64,000 nt of DNA from Calditrichia bacterium (GTDB taxonomy: Bacteria; Calditrichota; Calditrichia; RBG-13-44-9; J075), in NCBI GenBank assembly GCA_050633245.1, contig JBOEGD010000001.1, forward strand, positions 343,190-407,189, read 5' to 3'. Under the pieces are notes generated by a model. That model saw only the letters and a list, made by a program, of their open reading frames with translations. It did no database searches and had not been told where the DNA came from. Positions 37,554-46,798 of the stretch are shown here, piece after piece. The stretch's first letter is position 1, and the number at the start of each line of letters is the position of its first letter. Position numbers and translations under genes: made by a program.

Positions 37554-38345
37554 ATGCGAAAAAATAAGGTGAAAGAAATTTGGGCCAGTGGTGGTGCGGT
37601 TATAAATGGCTGGTGTTCCATCCCCAGCTCATTTTCAGCGGAAGTTATGGCTCATCAGGGATTCGACTCAATTACGATTGACATGCAGCATGGTCTGGTT
37701 GAATACCAAACGGCTGTTACCATGCTTCAGGCAATTTCAACGATGGATGTGGTTCCGCTAACACGCATTCCCTGGAAGGATCCGGCACGCATCATGAAGA
37801 TTCTGGATGCCGGTTCGTATGGTATTATTTGCCCGATGATCAACAATGCAGAAGAAGCCGAAGAACTGGTTAGCTACTGTAAATATCCACCTTGGGGTGT
37901 GCGTAGCTTCGGTCCTATCCGAGCCAAATACTCCTCCGGAGGCGCGACTCATGGCGGTGGCGACTATCATGTCGATGCCAATGAGGAAACGCTGGTAATC
38001 CCGCAGATTGAAACCCAGGCCGCTGTTCGCAATATCGATGAGATTTTGCAGGTTAAAGGAATCAGTGCGATCTATATCGGGCCGTCAGACTTATCAATGG
38101 CGTTTGGAAAAGAACCGCGTAAGGGCCAGCAAGATCCAGTTGTAGTAGAGGCAAAGGCAAAGGTCCTTGATGCCTGTAAACGTCATAAGGTTCCGGCCGG
38201 TATTCACACCAACTCTGTAGAAGTTGCTGTGGACCTGATTAAACAAGGTTTTCAATTTACTTCACTGCAAAGTGATGATCGTTTTCTGAGCAAGCGAGCT
38301 AAGGAAGAAGTGGACGCAGTTCGAGCAGGACTAAAAAAAGGCTAG
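37554..38345 (+). CDS. HpcH/HpaI class II aldolase
   Basis: IDMQHG, LDAGSYGIICPM, YPPWGVRSFG, QIET and IGPSDLS. Confidence 0.92.
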   Translation: MRKNKVKEIWASGGAVINGWCSIPSSFSAEVMAHQGFDSITIDMQHGLVEYQTAVTMLQAISTMDVVPLTRIPWKDPARIMKILDAGSYGIICPMINNAEEAEELVSYCKYPPWGVRSFGPIRAKYSSGGATHGGGDYHVDANEETLVIPQIETQAAVRNIDEILQVKGISAIYIGPSDLSMAFGKEPRKGQQDPVVVEAKAKVLDACKRHKVPAGIHTNSVEVAVDLIKQGFQFTSLQSDDRFLSKRAKEEVDAVRAGLKKG

Positions 38346-38357
38346 AAAGAGGTAAAC

Positions 38358-38978
38358 ATGACCTTTCCAGACAAGAAATACAGCGGTGCAGCGATCTATA
38401 CCGAGAGCTATTTTGCCAAGCTTACTGAGGCTGCTGCTACCGTAGATGGCGAAAAAATGCAGCAGGCTGCCGATATTCTTACCGAGGCTTATAAAGAAGG
38501 CAGCATGGTATACTCATGTGGGAACGGCGGTTCGGCGGCTATTGCCAACCATCTCGTTTGTGATCACTGTAAATTGGTGCAAACGGATACTCGCTTAACC
38601 CCGCGGGTCGTCTCTTTAAGCTCAACCGTAGAGATTATTACCGCAATCGGCAATGACATTTCCTACGATGATGTATTTCATTATCAAATTCAGTCCCTGG
38701 GAAAACCCGGCGATGTGCTGATGACCATTAGCTCATCCGGTGATTCCGAGAACATCGTTCGTGCCGCTACCTGGGCAAAGGAAAACGGTATGAAGGTGAT
38801 TTCCATGACCGGCTTTTCAGGCGGCAGATCGGCTGGCATCGCAGACGTGAATTTACACGTGACGGCAGATAACTATGGCGTTATTGAAGATGTGCACCAG
38901 TCGCTGATGCACATTCTTGCGCAGTATGTCCGGCAGTCACACATGGATGAAGATCTGATTAAGGAACGCAAGTTCTAA
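38358..38978 (+). CDS. GmhA-like SIS sugar-phosphate isomerase
   Basis: CGNGGSAAIANH, TAIGND, ISSSGDSENI, TGFSGG and EDVH. Confidence 0.88.
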   Translation: MTFPDKKYSGAAIYTESYFAKLTEAAATVDGEKMQQAADILTEAYKEGSMVYSCGNGGSAAIANHLVCDHCKLVQTDTRLTPRVVSLSSTVEIITAIGNDISYDDVFHYQIQSLGKPGDVLMTISSSGDSENIVRAATWAKENGMKVISMTGFSGGRSAGIADVNLHVTADNYGVIEDVHQSLMHILAQYVRQSHMDEDLIKERKF

Positions 38979-39016
38979 AACACCAGTATGCAGTGTAGGT
39001 TTTTGTATTTACAACG

Positions 39017-39058
39017 AAAAAGCGCCGTTTCGATATTTCTCCGAAACGGCGCTTTTTT
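39017..39058. terminator. Bidirectional rho-independent terminator
   Basis: AAAAAGCGCCGTTTCG-loop-CGAAACGGCGCTTTTTT between convergent genes. Confidence 0.85.
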
Positions 39059-39084
39059 ATATTGGAACTATCTTCAGGATTTGA

Positions 39085-40056
39085 TTAAAGCACCTGCTTA
39101 TTTACTACCACAGCCGGATTGAGTGTTTTGCCCTTCAGCACGGAAAGCATGTTCTCGCTCGACTGAAATCCCATATTTTTAAACGACTTATTCGACATGC
39201 CGCCGATGTGGGTCGTGAAGATGATGTTTTCCAAGGTAAAGAGCGGGTTACTCATGTCGGGCGGTTCTGCTTCAAATGCATCTAGTGCTGCACCGGCCAA
39301 CCGTCCGTTCTTTAAGGCTTCATACAGATCCTGTTCATTGACAATGCCGCCGCGTGCAGTATTGATAACGTAGCCACCGGGCTTCATCATCCCAATGGTG
39401 TTTTTGTTGACCAAATTCCGGGTTTCCGGATTGAGGGGGCTGTGTAGACTCACAATATCTGCCTGTGCAAAGAGTGCCTCGGGATTGTTTACCTTGGATA
39501 CATGCGGCTGCAATTCTTCCGCGGAATTTGACGGATGATATGCAACAACGTTTATGCCAAAAGGCGCCGCCAGTTCGGAAAGCCGTCGGGCAATATTTCC
39601 AAAACCGATCAGACCCAGAGTTTTACCGGTTAATTCTTCTCCACTGTAGCCCTTCTTGTCAAAAACACCGCTGCGAATACGTTTGTCTTCAGAAGGAATA
39701 CGTCTGGCAAGGCTTAATATAAGTGCAAGCGCGTGTTGGGCGACAGATTCGAAATTGGCATAGGGCGTATACAAAACCGGAATACCACGTTCCGTAGCAG
39801 CGTCCTTGTCGATATTGTCGGTTCCAACGCCGTGCTTACTGATCACTCGCAGGTTTGGCGCCGCATTCTGAACCCCGGCAGTAATCTTTCCCTGTCGCAC
39901 AATAATGCCATCCGGGTTAAACGCTTTGAACTTGCGAATTAGGTCTTCACTGCTATCACTGGCATCGCCAACTTCAACAATGCAACCTTCATTGGTCAAA
40001 AATTCTACTGCCTCGGCTGCGATGCCGGAACCGGTCAGAAACACCTTATAGCTCAT
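39085..40056 (-). CDS. D-isomer-specific 2-hydroxyacid dehydrogenase
   Basis: ISKHGVGTDNID, GLIGFGNI, NTARGGIV, LDAFEAEPP and TTHIGG. Confidence 0.9.
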   Translation of the reverse strand: MSYKVFLTGSGIAAEAVEFLTNEGCIVEVGDASDSSEDLIRKFKAFNPDGIIVRQGKITAGVQNAAPNLRVISKHGVGTDNIDKDAATERGIPVLYTPYANFESVAQHALALILSLARRIPSEDKRIRSGVFDKKGYSGEELTGKTLGLIGFGNIARRLSELAAPFGINVVAYHPSNSAEELQPHVSKVNNPEALFAQADIVSLHSPLNPETRNLVNKNTIGMMKPGGYVINTARGGIVNEQDLYEALKNGRLAGAALDAFEAEPPDMSNPLFTLENIIFTTHIGGMSNKSFKNMGFQSSENMLSVLKGKTLNPAVVVNKQVL

Positions 40057-40212
40057 ATCATTATCCTTTGTGACAGATAGTTATTTTAAAGTTGTTTATA
40101 TTACACATAGCGGATTGGATGCATAACTTACGTAATCGGTAATATGAGTTCAAAGTTGAAAATATGACCGCTGTAGCGCACAAAGACATGCAGACAATAT
40201 GGAATAGGAACA

Positions 40213-41139
40213 TTGGAAGACTTGATGTTAGGTGTTGAAATCGGTGGAACGAAGCTGCAGGTCGGCATTGGGCCTCGCAAGGGGCGTCTGCTACAGGTTC
40301 TCCGTAGAAAAATAGATCCGGAGAACGGTGCTGCTGGAATTCGCGCGCAATTAATTGGGCTGGCAAATGAATTGGTGGAAAAACATAGTGGTTGGAGCCG
40401 CATCAAGCGAGCAGGCATTGGCTTTGGTGGCCCCGTTCTCGCGGCGACAGGGGTTACGGTTAAATCCTTTCAGATAAATGGTTGGGAAAGTTTTCCGCTG
40501 TGCGAATGGGCACAGAAAGAATGGAATATTCCGGTTGGGGTGCAAAACGATGCCAGTACGGCAGCTATAGCCGAGAGTGTTCATGGCGCGGGGCGCCACT
40601 GTTCACGCTTGGTATATATTACCATCGGCAGCGGTATCGGGGGAGGATATGTTGTTGATAGAAAGATCGATGAAGGGCAGGGGACAGGGGGAATGGAGAT
40701 CGGCCATACCTGGGTGCCGCATCCGACCAATGGAGAGATTGTGGAATTGGAAAATTTGTGTTCCGGCTGGGCTATTGGCCGCCGGGCCCGCGAAGCTGCA
40801 GCGAAAGAGAAAACAAGTTTAGAAGATCTGGCGGGCAGTATATCCGAAATTGATGCAAAGATAGTTTATTTGGCCGCCGAAAACGGTGATTCTGTTGCTT
40901 TGCGAATAATCCATGAAACCTGCTTTATGCTCGGAATTGCATTGGGGAATCTGCTGAATGTCTTACACCCGGAGCGTCTTATTATCGGCGGCGGGGTATC
41001 GCTGATGGGGAACATATTCTGGAACAACCTGAGGGCTGAAATACAAAAACGCGTTCTACCGCTCTTTTGGCCGAAGATTGAAATTGTCCGCGCAGATTTG
41101 GGTGAAGAAGTGGTCGTGACGGGGGCACTATGCTTGTAA
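40213..41139 (+). CDS. ROK-family sugar kinase
   Basis: EIGGTK, GIGFGGP, QNDA, TIGSGIGGG, EIGH and IIGGGV. No HTH. Confidence 0.88.
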   Translation: MEDLMLGVEIGGTKLQVGIGPRKGRLLQVLRRKIDPENGAAGIRAQLIGLANELVEKHSGWSRIKRAGIGFGGPVLAATGVTVKSFQINGWESFPLCEWAQKEWNIPVGVQNDASTAAIAESVHGAGRHCSRLVYITIGSGIGGGYVVDRKIDEGQGTGGMEIGHTWVPHPTNGEIVELENLCSGWAIGRRAREAAAKEKTSLEDLAGSISEIDAKIVYLAAENGDSVALRIIHETCFMLGIALGNLLNVLHPERLIIGGGVSLMGNIFWNNLRAEIQKRVLPLFWPKIEIVRADLGEEVVVTGALCL

Positions 41140-41357
41140 ATATGAGGTCTGACTGCTGCAAACTAGATACACACGTTCGACTCCTGGCCCGGATTTTAAG
41201 ATGAGAACTCCCTAAAAGCTTGCCTGAGAACTCAGGTTTTCCCGGCATATATTCTGTTGAATGGCTGTATGTGGCGATTTGTTTGTTGTTGATTGCAAGA
41301 GTACTTGACATTTCCGAATGAAGTGTTATGTTGCAATAAAGACCCCGGGAGTCCGGC

Positions 41358-41972
41358 ATGCCTTCATCTAAAAATTGCTATCAATTTAAAATCACGCTTC
41401 AGCATATCGATCCACCAATTTGGCGGCGAATTAAGGTTCCGGAAGACTATACCTTTTGGGATTTGCACGTGGCTATTCAGGATGCCATGGGTTGGTGCGA
41501 CTGCCATCTGCACGCATTTCGAATTGGCAAGGGAAGAGGAGAGCGCACAGAAATAGGTGTTCCCGCCAGTGGTTTTGATGATGCCGAAGTTTTGCCCGGT
41601 TGGGAAATTCCGATTCGTGATTACTGTAAGAGTTTGGATACCTCTTTTTCATACTTGTATGATTTTGGTGACGGCTGGGAGCATGCGGTTGTTCTGGAAG
41701 ATGTATCTGCTCAGAAGCATGGAATAAAATATCCGATCTGTGTAGATGGCGAGCGAGCTTGTCCGCCGGAAGATTGCGGTGGAATTCCCGGTTATATTCA
41801 CCTGTTGGAAGTGCTCGATGACAAATCGAATAGCGAATACGCGTCAATGGTAGACTGGCTGGAAACTCATATCATCAACTACTTTCCCTACGACTCTTCA
41901 AAATTTAAGTCCAAGGCAGTTCGCTTCGACAATCCGCGCACGCGTTGGAAGCTGGCCTTTGGCGATAAATAG
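41358..41972 (+). CDS. Plasmid pRiA4b ORF-3 family protein
   Basis: PPIWRRI.VP, DLH.AIQ.AMGW...HLH.F, YLYDFGDGWEH and ACPPEDCGG..GY. Confidence 0.92.
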   Translation: MPSSKNCYQFKITLQHIDPPIWRRIKVPEDYTFWDLHVAIQDAMGWCDCHLHAFRIGKGRGERTEIGVPASGFDDAEVLPGWEIPIRDYCKSLDTSFSYLYDFGDGWEHAVVLEDVSAQKHGIKYPICVDGERACPPEDCGGIPGYIHLLEVLDDKSNSEYASMVDWLETHIINYFPYDSSKFKSKAVRFDNPRTRWKLAFGDK

Positions 41973-41996
41973 CTATCTTATTATCCCTCAAAAAAA

Positions 41997-42491
41997 CTAT
42001 TCTGACTTCGTTAATGCTGACATTAATTTCTTGAGAAGTGCTTCGAACTGTCTGGATTCCGCTGACGATAATTCTGTTATTGACCCTGTCGCCTCCTGAA
42101 AGCGAACCTTTATTGCCTGGTCAATTAAAGCTTTGCCTTCCGCAGTTAGCTTTACGGCCTTAATCCGCCCATCATTTGGGTCTGGCTCACGCGTTATGTG
42201 TCCTGCTTTTTCCAGACGGTTTAAGAGAGTTGTCATAGCTCCGGAGGTAAGCAGCACCGAACCAAGCAGTTCGGTTGGTGTGAGACGATAGGGGGCACCA
42301 CTTCTTCGTAAGGTTGCCAGCACGTCGAGGTCGGTATAATGCATGCCAAATGGCTTTAGTGCCGCACTTGCCCGCTTTTCGAGCAAATTCCCTAACAAAA
42401 TGATACGCCCAACTACCGCCATAGCGTCTGTATTTAGTTCCGGACGTTCCTCTTCCCATTCAGCAATAAGGCGATCGATCAAATCTTGCAT
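41997..42491 (-). CDS. MarR-family regulator, PecS/TamR/HucR (UrtR) type
   Basis: N-terminal D.L..EW..ERPEL helix, DVLATLRRSG.PY.LTPTEL, TSGAMT..L.RLE, D..DGR. Confidence 0.88.
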   Translation of the reverse strand: MQDLIDRLIAEWEEERPELNTDAMAVVGRIILLGNLLEKRASAALKPFGMHYTDLDVLATLRRSGAPYRLTPTELLGSVLLTSGAMTTLLNRLEKAGHITREPDPNDGRIKAVKLTAEGKALIDQAIKVRFQEATGSITELSSAESRQFEALLKKLMSALTKSE

Positions 42492-42501
42492 GTTGTACCT
42501 G

Positions 42502-42535
42502 TGGTCAATGGTCAATGGTCAATGGTCAATGGTCA
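42502..42535. repeat. Heptamer tandem repeat (TGGTCAA)~5
   Basis: Directly visible, 10 nt upstream of the MarR ATG. Confidence 0.9.
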
Positions 42536-42584
42536 CCGCTTCCCCTATTTTCAATCAAATGAAACTTTTCTTCGAAGTCAACGA

Positions 42585-42622
42585 TATCTTTATGTAAAGA
42601 TAATTATCTTGAGGTAAAGATA
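42585..42622. promoter_or_regulatory. Two tandem MarR operators TATCTT-N6-AAGATA
   Basis: TATCTTTATGTAAAGATA (42585) and TATCTTGAGGTAAAGATA (42605) between divergent genes. Confidence 0.8.
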
Positions 42623-42680
42623 AATTGCTGCTCTTTAAAAAAACTATGAACATTTTTTACTGTTTACGAAAGGGATCGCC

Positions 42681-44276
42681 ATGAAAGAGTTATTGATGCT
42701 ACTGAGAAGAAGCATGTTAAAAACTACGTTGTTTTTGAGTCTATTCGCTCAAGGTACTCTGCTGGCTCAGCCGGCCGCACCAGATAACGGAACGGTTTTG
42801 CTAAACCCAATTGAGTTTATGCGTGAAGGGGTGAATCTCGTCGGTGAAGAAGGTTTTATTTTCGTTCCTGAAAATCGCACTGTTGAGAATAGCCGCGTCA
42901 TTAGCGTGCATTTTTATCGCTTCCCGGCAGTAGAGAAGTCTGGCTTAGCGCCTGTCTTTATTCTACCCGGCGGACCCGGAGGTTCGTATACTTATCGAAA
43001 CTTTTATAAGTATTACAGTGGCATTCGCGCAGAGCTATGGGTAAAGGAGTTGAAGGCATTGAATAGAAAACGCGATGTGGTGATCGTAAACCAGCGCGGC
43101 AATTCACGTCCACCGGGTTTAAACAGTGGCGACTGGCGTTGGGCTGTAGAAAAAGCTGCACCGGATACGCTGGAAACAGCGACTGAAGGGCTAAATCGCT
43201 ATGCGAAGGGGGTAAAGCAGGGAATCGAGCATTGGACAAAAAAGGGTGTCGACCTTGCCGGATACGATATTATAAATATCAGTGAAGATCTGGAAGATTT
43301 GCGGCAGGCTCTTGACTACAAAAAGATTGCCCTGCGTGGCAACAGCTTTGGTTCGCAGTGGTCATTGGCCTATATGAAGCGCTGGCCGCAACATGTTGAT
43401 CGAGCGATGTTGGCAGGCGTAGAGCCGTTGGATTTTGCATGGGACAGCGCTGCCTGGCTCTGGAAGGCGCTAGAGCGACTGGATAAACGTGCGATAGCCG
43501 GGTTGTCTAAAGACATATCCGGAGGCAGTTATCTTGATGCATTTAAGCAGGTAGTGACGCGGCTGGAAAAGTCGAACGCCGAAGTCACTCTTGGCTCTGG
43601 AGATGAAGCGATTCGTGTCATGCTTGGAGCAGACGATGTGCGTTCAAGCATTACGGGGCGGCTTGGCAATAGCAGAAGAGAGTCATTGGAATACCTGCCG
43701 CAGTTTATTCTGGAGCTGTTTCGTGAAGACTATCGTTTTTTGGCTCACAAGACGGCTGATGACAAAGGATCGATTTTCGGTGGATCTATGATTACGGCGC
43801 TTATTGACAACAGTTTGGGAATCAGCGATCGTCGTGAAAAGGTGCTCAACTCTGAATCTGCAATAAAGTGGCTGGGTGATCCGAACGGATATTATAAAGT
43901 AACCAGAGGATTGACCCCGACGCCTGAGGTGAATGATGACTTTCGCTTTGAGAAGCCAATAGACATTCCGGTGCTGATGATGCAGGGTGATTTGGATTTT
44001 TCCACCCCATATGAAAATGCATTGCATCTTCAGCAGTTTTTGACGAATGGCCATCTCGTTACAATAGTCGACGGAACCCATTCGGCCGTAGGCGAAGCAA
44101 TTCAATTAAAGGAAGATGAAGCTATGAAGCTGTTTGCTTTCATGGATGCCGATTTTACAACCGTAAGTCCGAAAGACGTGTTTAAGTCTCTTCCCGATAA
44201 AATTGAATTGCCGCCACTGGAATTCAAAACGCTGGAGGAAAGTTCGCTATATGAGAAATTTGTAGAAGAGGACTAA
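42681..44276 (+). CDS. Secreted alpha/beta hydrolase (TAP-like peptidase/esterase)
   Basis: Signal peptide, GGPGGS oxyanion motif, NQRG, GNSFG nucleophile, GDLD acid, GTH His. Confidence 0.85.
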   Translation: MKELLMLLRRSMLKTTLFLSLFAQGTLLAQPAAPDNGTVLLNPIEFMREGVNLVGEEGFIFVPENRTVENSRVISVHFYRFPAVEKSGLAPVFILPGGPGGSYTYRNFYKYYSGIRAELWVKELKALNRKRDVVIVNQRGNSRPPGLNSGDWRWAVEKAAPDTLETATEGLNRYAKGVKQGIEHWTKKGVDLAGYDIINISEDLEDLRQALDYKKIALRGNSFGSQWSLAYMKRWPQHVDRAMLAGVEPLDFAWDSAAWLWKALERLDKRAIAGLSKDISGGSYLDAFKQVVTRLEKSNAEVTLGSGDEAIRVMLGADDVRSSITGRLGNSRRESLEYLPQFILELFREDYRFLAHKTADDKGSIFGGSMITALIDNSLGISDRREKVLNSESAIKWLGDPNGYYKVTRGLTPTPEVNDDFRFEKPIDIPVLMMQGDLDFSTPYENALHLQQFLTNGHLVTIVDGTHSAVGEAIQLKEDEAMKLFAFMDADFTTVSPKDVFKSLPDKIELPPLEFKTLEESSLYEKFVEED

Positions 44277-44488
44277 TCTCGATATAGCCCTTCGGAGAGT
44301 TGTCGGGATTCGATACTCTCCGGTAAGCAGGGGCCATTATCATTCATAAGCGGCGTCTACCAGATGACAGGGTAGAATCTTTTACCGGTATTCGGTTGCA
44401 GAAGAAAAATGCTGAAAACATACCATTATGGCAACATGACGCGCTTGTATCCGTAAAGCTTGACATATCATAAACGTCAAGGTGTCCT

Positions 44489-45160
44489 ATGAAAAGAATG
44501 TTACTTCTGCTATTTCCCCTATTGCTGGCTTCATGTGGGGAGACTGATTATTCAAAATATCTGGAGTATCAAACAGAACTGAAGGAAACGAATCAGCTGG
44601 TTTCCAGTGGATTTCCAGAAAGCACCATCACATTTGACTCTTCGTTTGTCTATGTTGGCGCAGAAACCTTTATTTTGTACGACATTGCCCGTTGTGAGAT
44701 TCATCTGTTTGTTGATGCCGACTCCAATAAAATCGTGAATCGTCTCTACTGGATGCAGTACGAAGGTTATCTGCCCAGTCTGTGGCCGCACTGGTATGAG
44801 TATGAAGATGAGCCTTTTCGCACAATGATCGGTGGAAAGGAATTCTACGATGGGGTTAATTTCTACACGGTCGATTCTTCCCGTCAGCATTGGAGCAGAG
44901 ATTCTGATATCGGACGCGTGTTCGCGTTGATGGAGTCCAACGGCTACACGCTCGATTCTGAAGTCATGCGTATTCGGCTTGTGCATCTTGACGAAGAAGA
45001 AGATGATGAGCTGATGATTATGTATATCGAGCGTATGTCGTCGCATGGTTTAACTATCGCATCGTTCGGTGAGAATGGCAGGGAATCTGAACGGTGGAAA
45101 GTGGTTTCGCAGGGGCTGCGAGAAAGGGTTCTAGCGGGAATGGATATTGAATTCCATTAA
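44489..45160 (+). CDS. Hypothetical lipoprotein
   Basis: MKRMLLLLFPLLLASC lipobox. Confidence 0.7.
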   Translation: MKRMLLLLFPLLLASCGETDYSKYLEYQTELKETNQLVSSGFPESTITFDSSFVYVGAETFILYDIARCEIHLFVDADSNKIVNRLYWMQYEGYLPSLWPHWYEYEDEPFRTMIGGKEFYDGVNFYTVDSSRQHWSRDSDIGRVFALMESNGYTLDSEVMRIRLVHLDEEEDDELMIMYIERMSSHGLTIASFGENGRESERWKVVSQGLRERVLAGMDIEFH

Positions 45161-45304
45161 ATAAAAAAGACCCGGCTGGTGTCGTTCAGCCGGGATACCG
45201 TCTTCGTTTTCTTTACTTCATCAACGTCATGCGTTTCGTTTGAATGGATTTGCCCGTTTTCAAACGTTACATATAAATACCGCTGGTGAGCACGTTACCA
45301 AATC

Positions 45305-45499
45305 CACCTTGGATTTGCCACGCTGGAAGCAGGGATGACCCAGCAAAAAAACACGGTAAATATTCTCTTCAAGAACACCGCTATTATGGCTATCTGCCTT
45401 CTTACCTACGCCGCAATGGGTTTTAATCTGATGTATCCCGGGGATTCTATGTTTGGTGAGTTTTTTGGCTTTGCGGGTTTTGAGCATGATGCTTCCTGA
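45305..45499 (+). pseudogene. amt: Ammonium transporter (Amt) N-terminal remnant
   Basis: Manual translation HLGFATLEAGMTQQKNTVNILFKN...TYAAMGFNLMYPG...* matches the Amt TM1-TM2 signature. It has no proper start and truncates after about 64 codons. Confidence 0.8.
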
Positions 45500-46082
45500 G
45501 CCTGTTTGAAAATAAGCTAATCTACTGCCCTCCAACACCGGCAAAGAGCTTTTTCAAGCTTTTGTCGGTGTTAAATGGACAACTCGTAACAATTGTAGAT
45601 AAGTAATGACCAATACCATTTCATTTGCAACCTCAATTAGAATACAGCAACAGTAACGTTTATCAATCTATTCGAGACCCATTCAAATATACTGAATTTT
45701 GCGCACTTAGCGTTCCTGCTCCATAACATCACTTCCTACAGAACGACTCCCCCTGACCAATAGTGAATTTTGTCCTATCAAATGATAAGCTTTTACGGAA
45801 GTGCCGATTGCCGTGGACAACAGGGAGGTGGTTTGTAATGTAAATTCCCTCAAATTAACTAACTACAGGGTAAAGAGCTATGATGTCTTGCATGCGTCAT
45901 GCCCCTTTAGAGGGGCTGACTTCACACTTCCGCGTTAATTTACTCTCCATTTTTCTCACATTGTTTTTTCTGGTTTGCTATATTATATTCGGAACTGTCC
46001 TGTTAGCAGGATTAATGGACGTGAAATAGAATAGAAAAACAGAAAATACACAATCGACTTTTCAGACAGGAGACCTTAAGCA

Positions 46083-46766
46083 ATGTTAAAGGCCAAGAAA
46101 AAAATTTCCAAGAAGGAGCTAAAGGAAGATCAGTTCGTCATAATGACGATGCAGGCTCAGGAATTTTTGCAAAAGAATATGAAAGAAATTGCCATGGCAG
46201 TTGTAGGCGTTCTTGCAGTTCTATTGCTGGGATACTATATGATTAGCAGTAGCAATGCCGCTGAAACGACTGCTGCAACGCTACTCTCTCGTGCGCAGCA
46301 TCAAATGACAACGGGACAGAAAGATGCTTCTCTTGCTCAGATGAGCGCAATTATTGATGAGTATTCAAGCTCTGCCGCTGCGCAAAAGGCCTGCTTTTTC
46401 CTCGCCGAACAACATCTAAACGATGGCAATCTGGCTGAGGCCAAGAATTATCTGAACAAATTCATCAGTGATTATGCCGGGTCTGGCGTTATGACGCAGG
46501 CTGCTTATGCAAATCTTGCAAACTGCCAAATGCAGGAAAAAGAATTTGCAGCCGCTGCTGCAAATTATGAAAAAGCGGCGAATTTTGACAAAGACTTCCC
46601 GCGCGCTATGGCTTATGTTTATAGTGCCGCTGTTGCCTACCGCGATGCAGGCAACAACGCCAAAGCTGCTTCTCTTGCGCAGTCGTTGGTGGATGGTTAT
46701 AAAGATACTCACAACGATTTCCAGCTTAAAGAACGTGCCGATGTTTTATTAAACGCCGTAAAATAA
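46083..46766 (+). CDS. Membrane-anchored TPR protein (YfgM-like)
   Basis: KKELKED.F N-terminus, single TM, TPR helices, SD AGGAG. Confidence 0.8.
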   Translation: MLKAKKKISKKELKEDQFVIMTMQAQEFLQKNMKEIAMAVVGVLAVLLLGYYMISSSNAAETTAATLLSRAQHQMTTGQKDASLAQMSAIIDEYSSSAAAQKACFFLAEQHLNDGNLAEAKNYLNKFISDYAGSGVMTQAAYANLANCQMQEKEFAAAAANYEKAANFDKDFPRAMAYVYSAAVAYRDAGNNAKAASLAQSLVDGYKDTHNDFQLKERADVLLNAVK

Positions 46767-46798
46767 AATGCGACGAGCAGGTTTTTGAAGCTGCCTTC

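Noticed and set aside
35780-40056. Calling the two dehydrogenases serA and the SIS protein gmhA
   Set aside because: There is no ACT domain and no ser or hld/gmh context, so substrates are uncertain and symbols were withheld.
41358-41972. Plasmid or mobile element implied by the pRiA4b ORF-3 name
   Set aside because: The family is commonly chromosomal, and no replication, transfer or transposase genes are nearby.
42492-42597. MarR N-terminal extension MTIDHRYN and ORF 42343-42597 (WSMVNGQ repeats)
   Set aside because: Artefacts of translating the heptamer repeat.
17635-45500. Genomic island integrated at tRNA-Arg
   Set aside because: No integrase is present, I saw no repeat of the tRNA 3' end, and the genes carry host-type CTD tags.
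45260-45544. 94-aa minus-strand ORF
   Set aside because: It is the antisense of the amt remnant.
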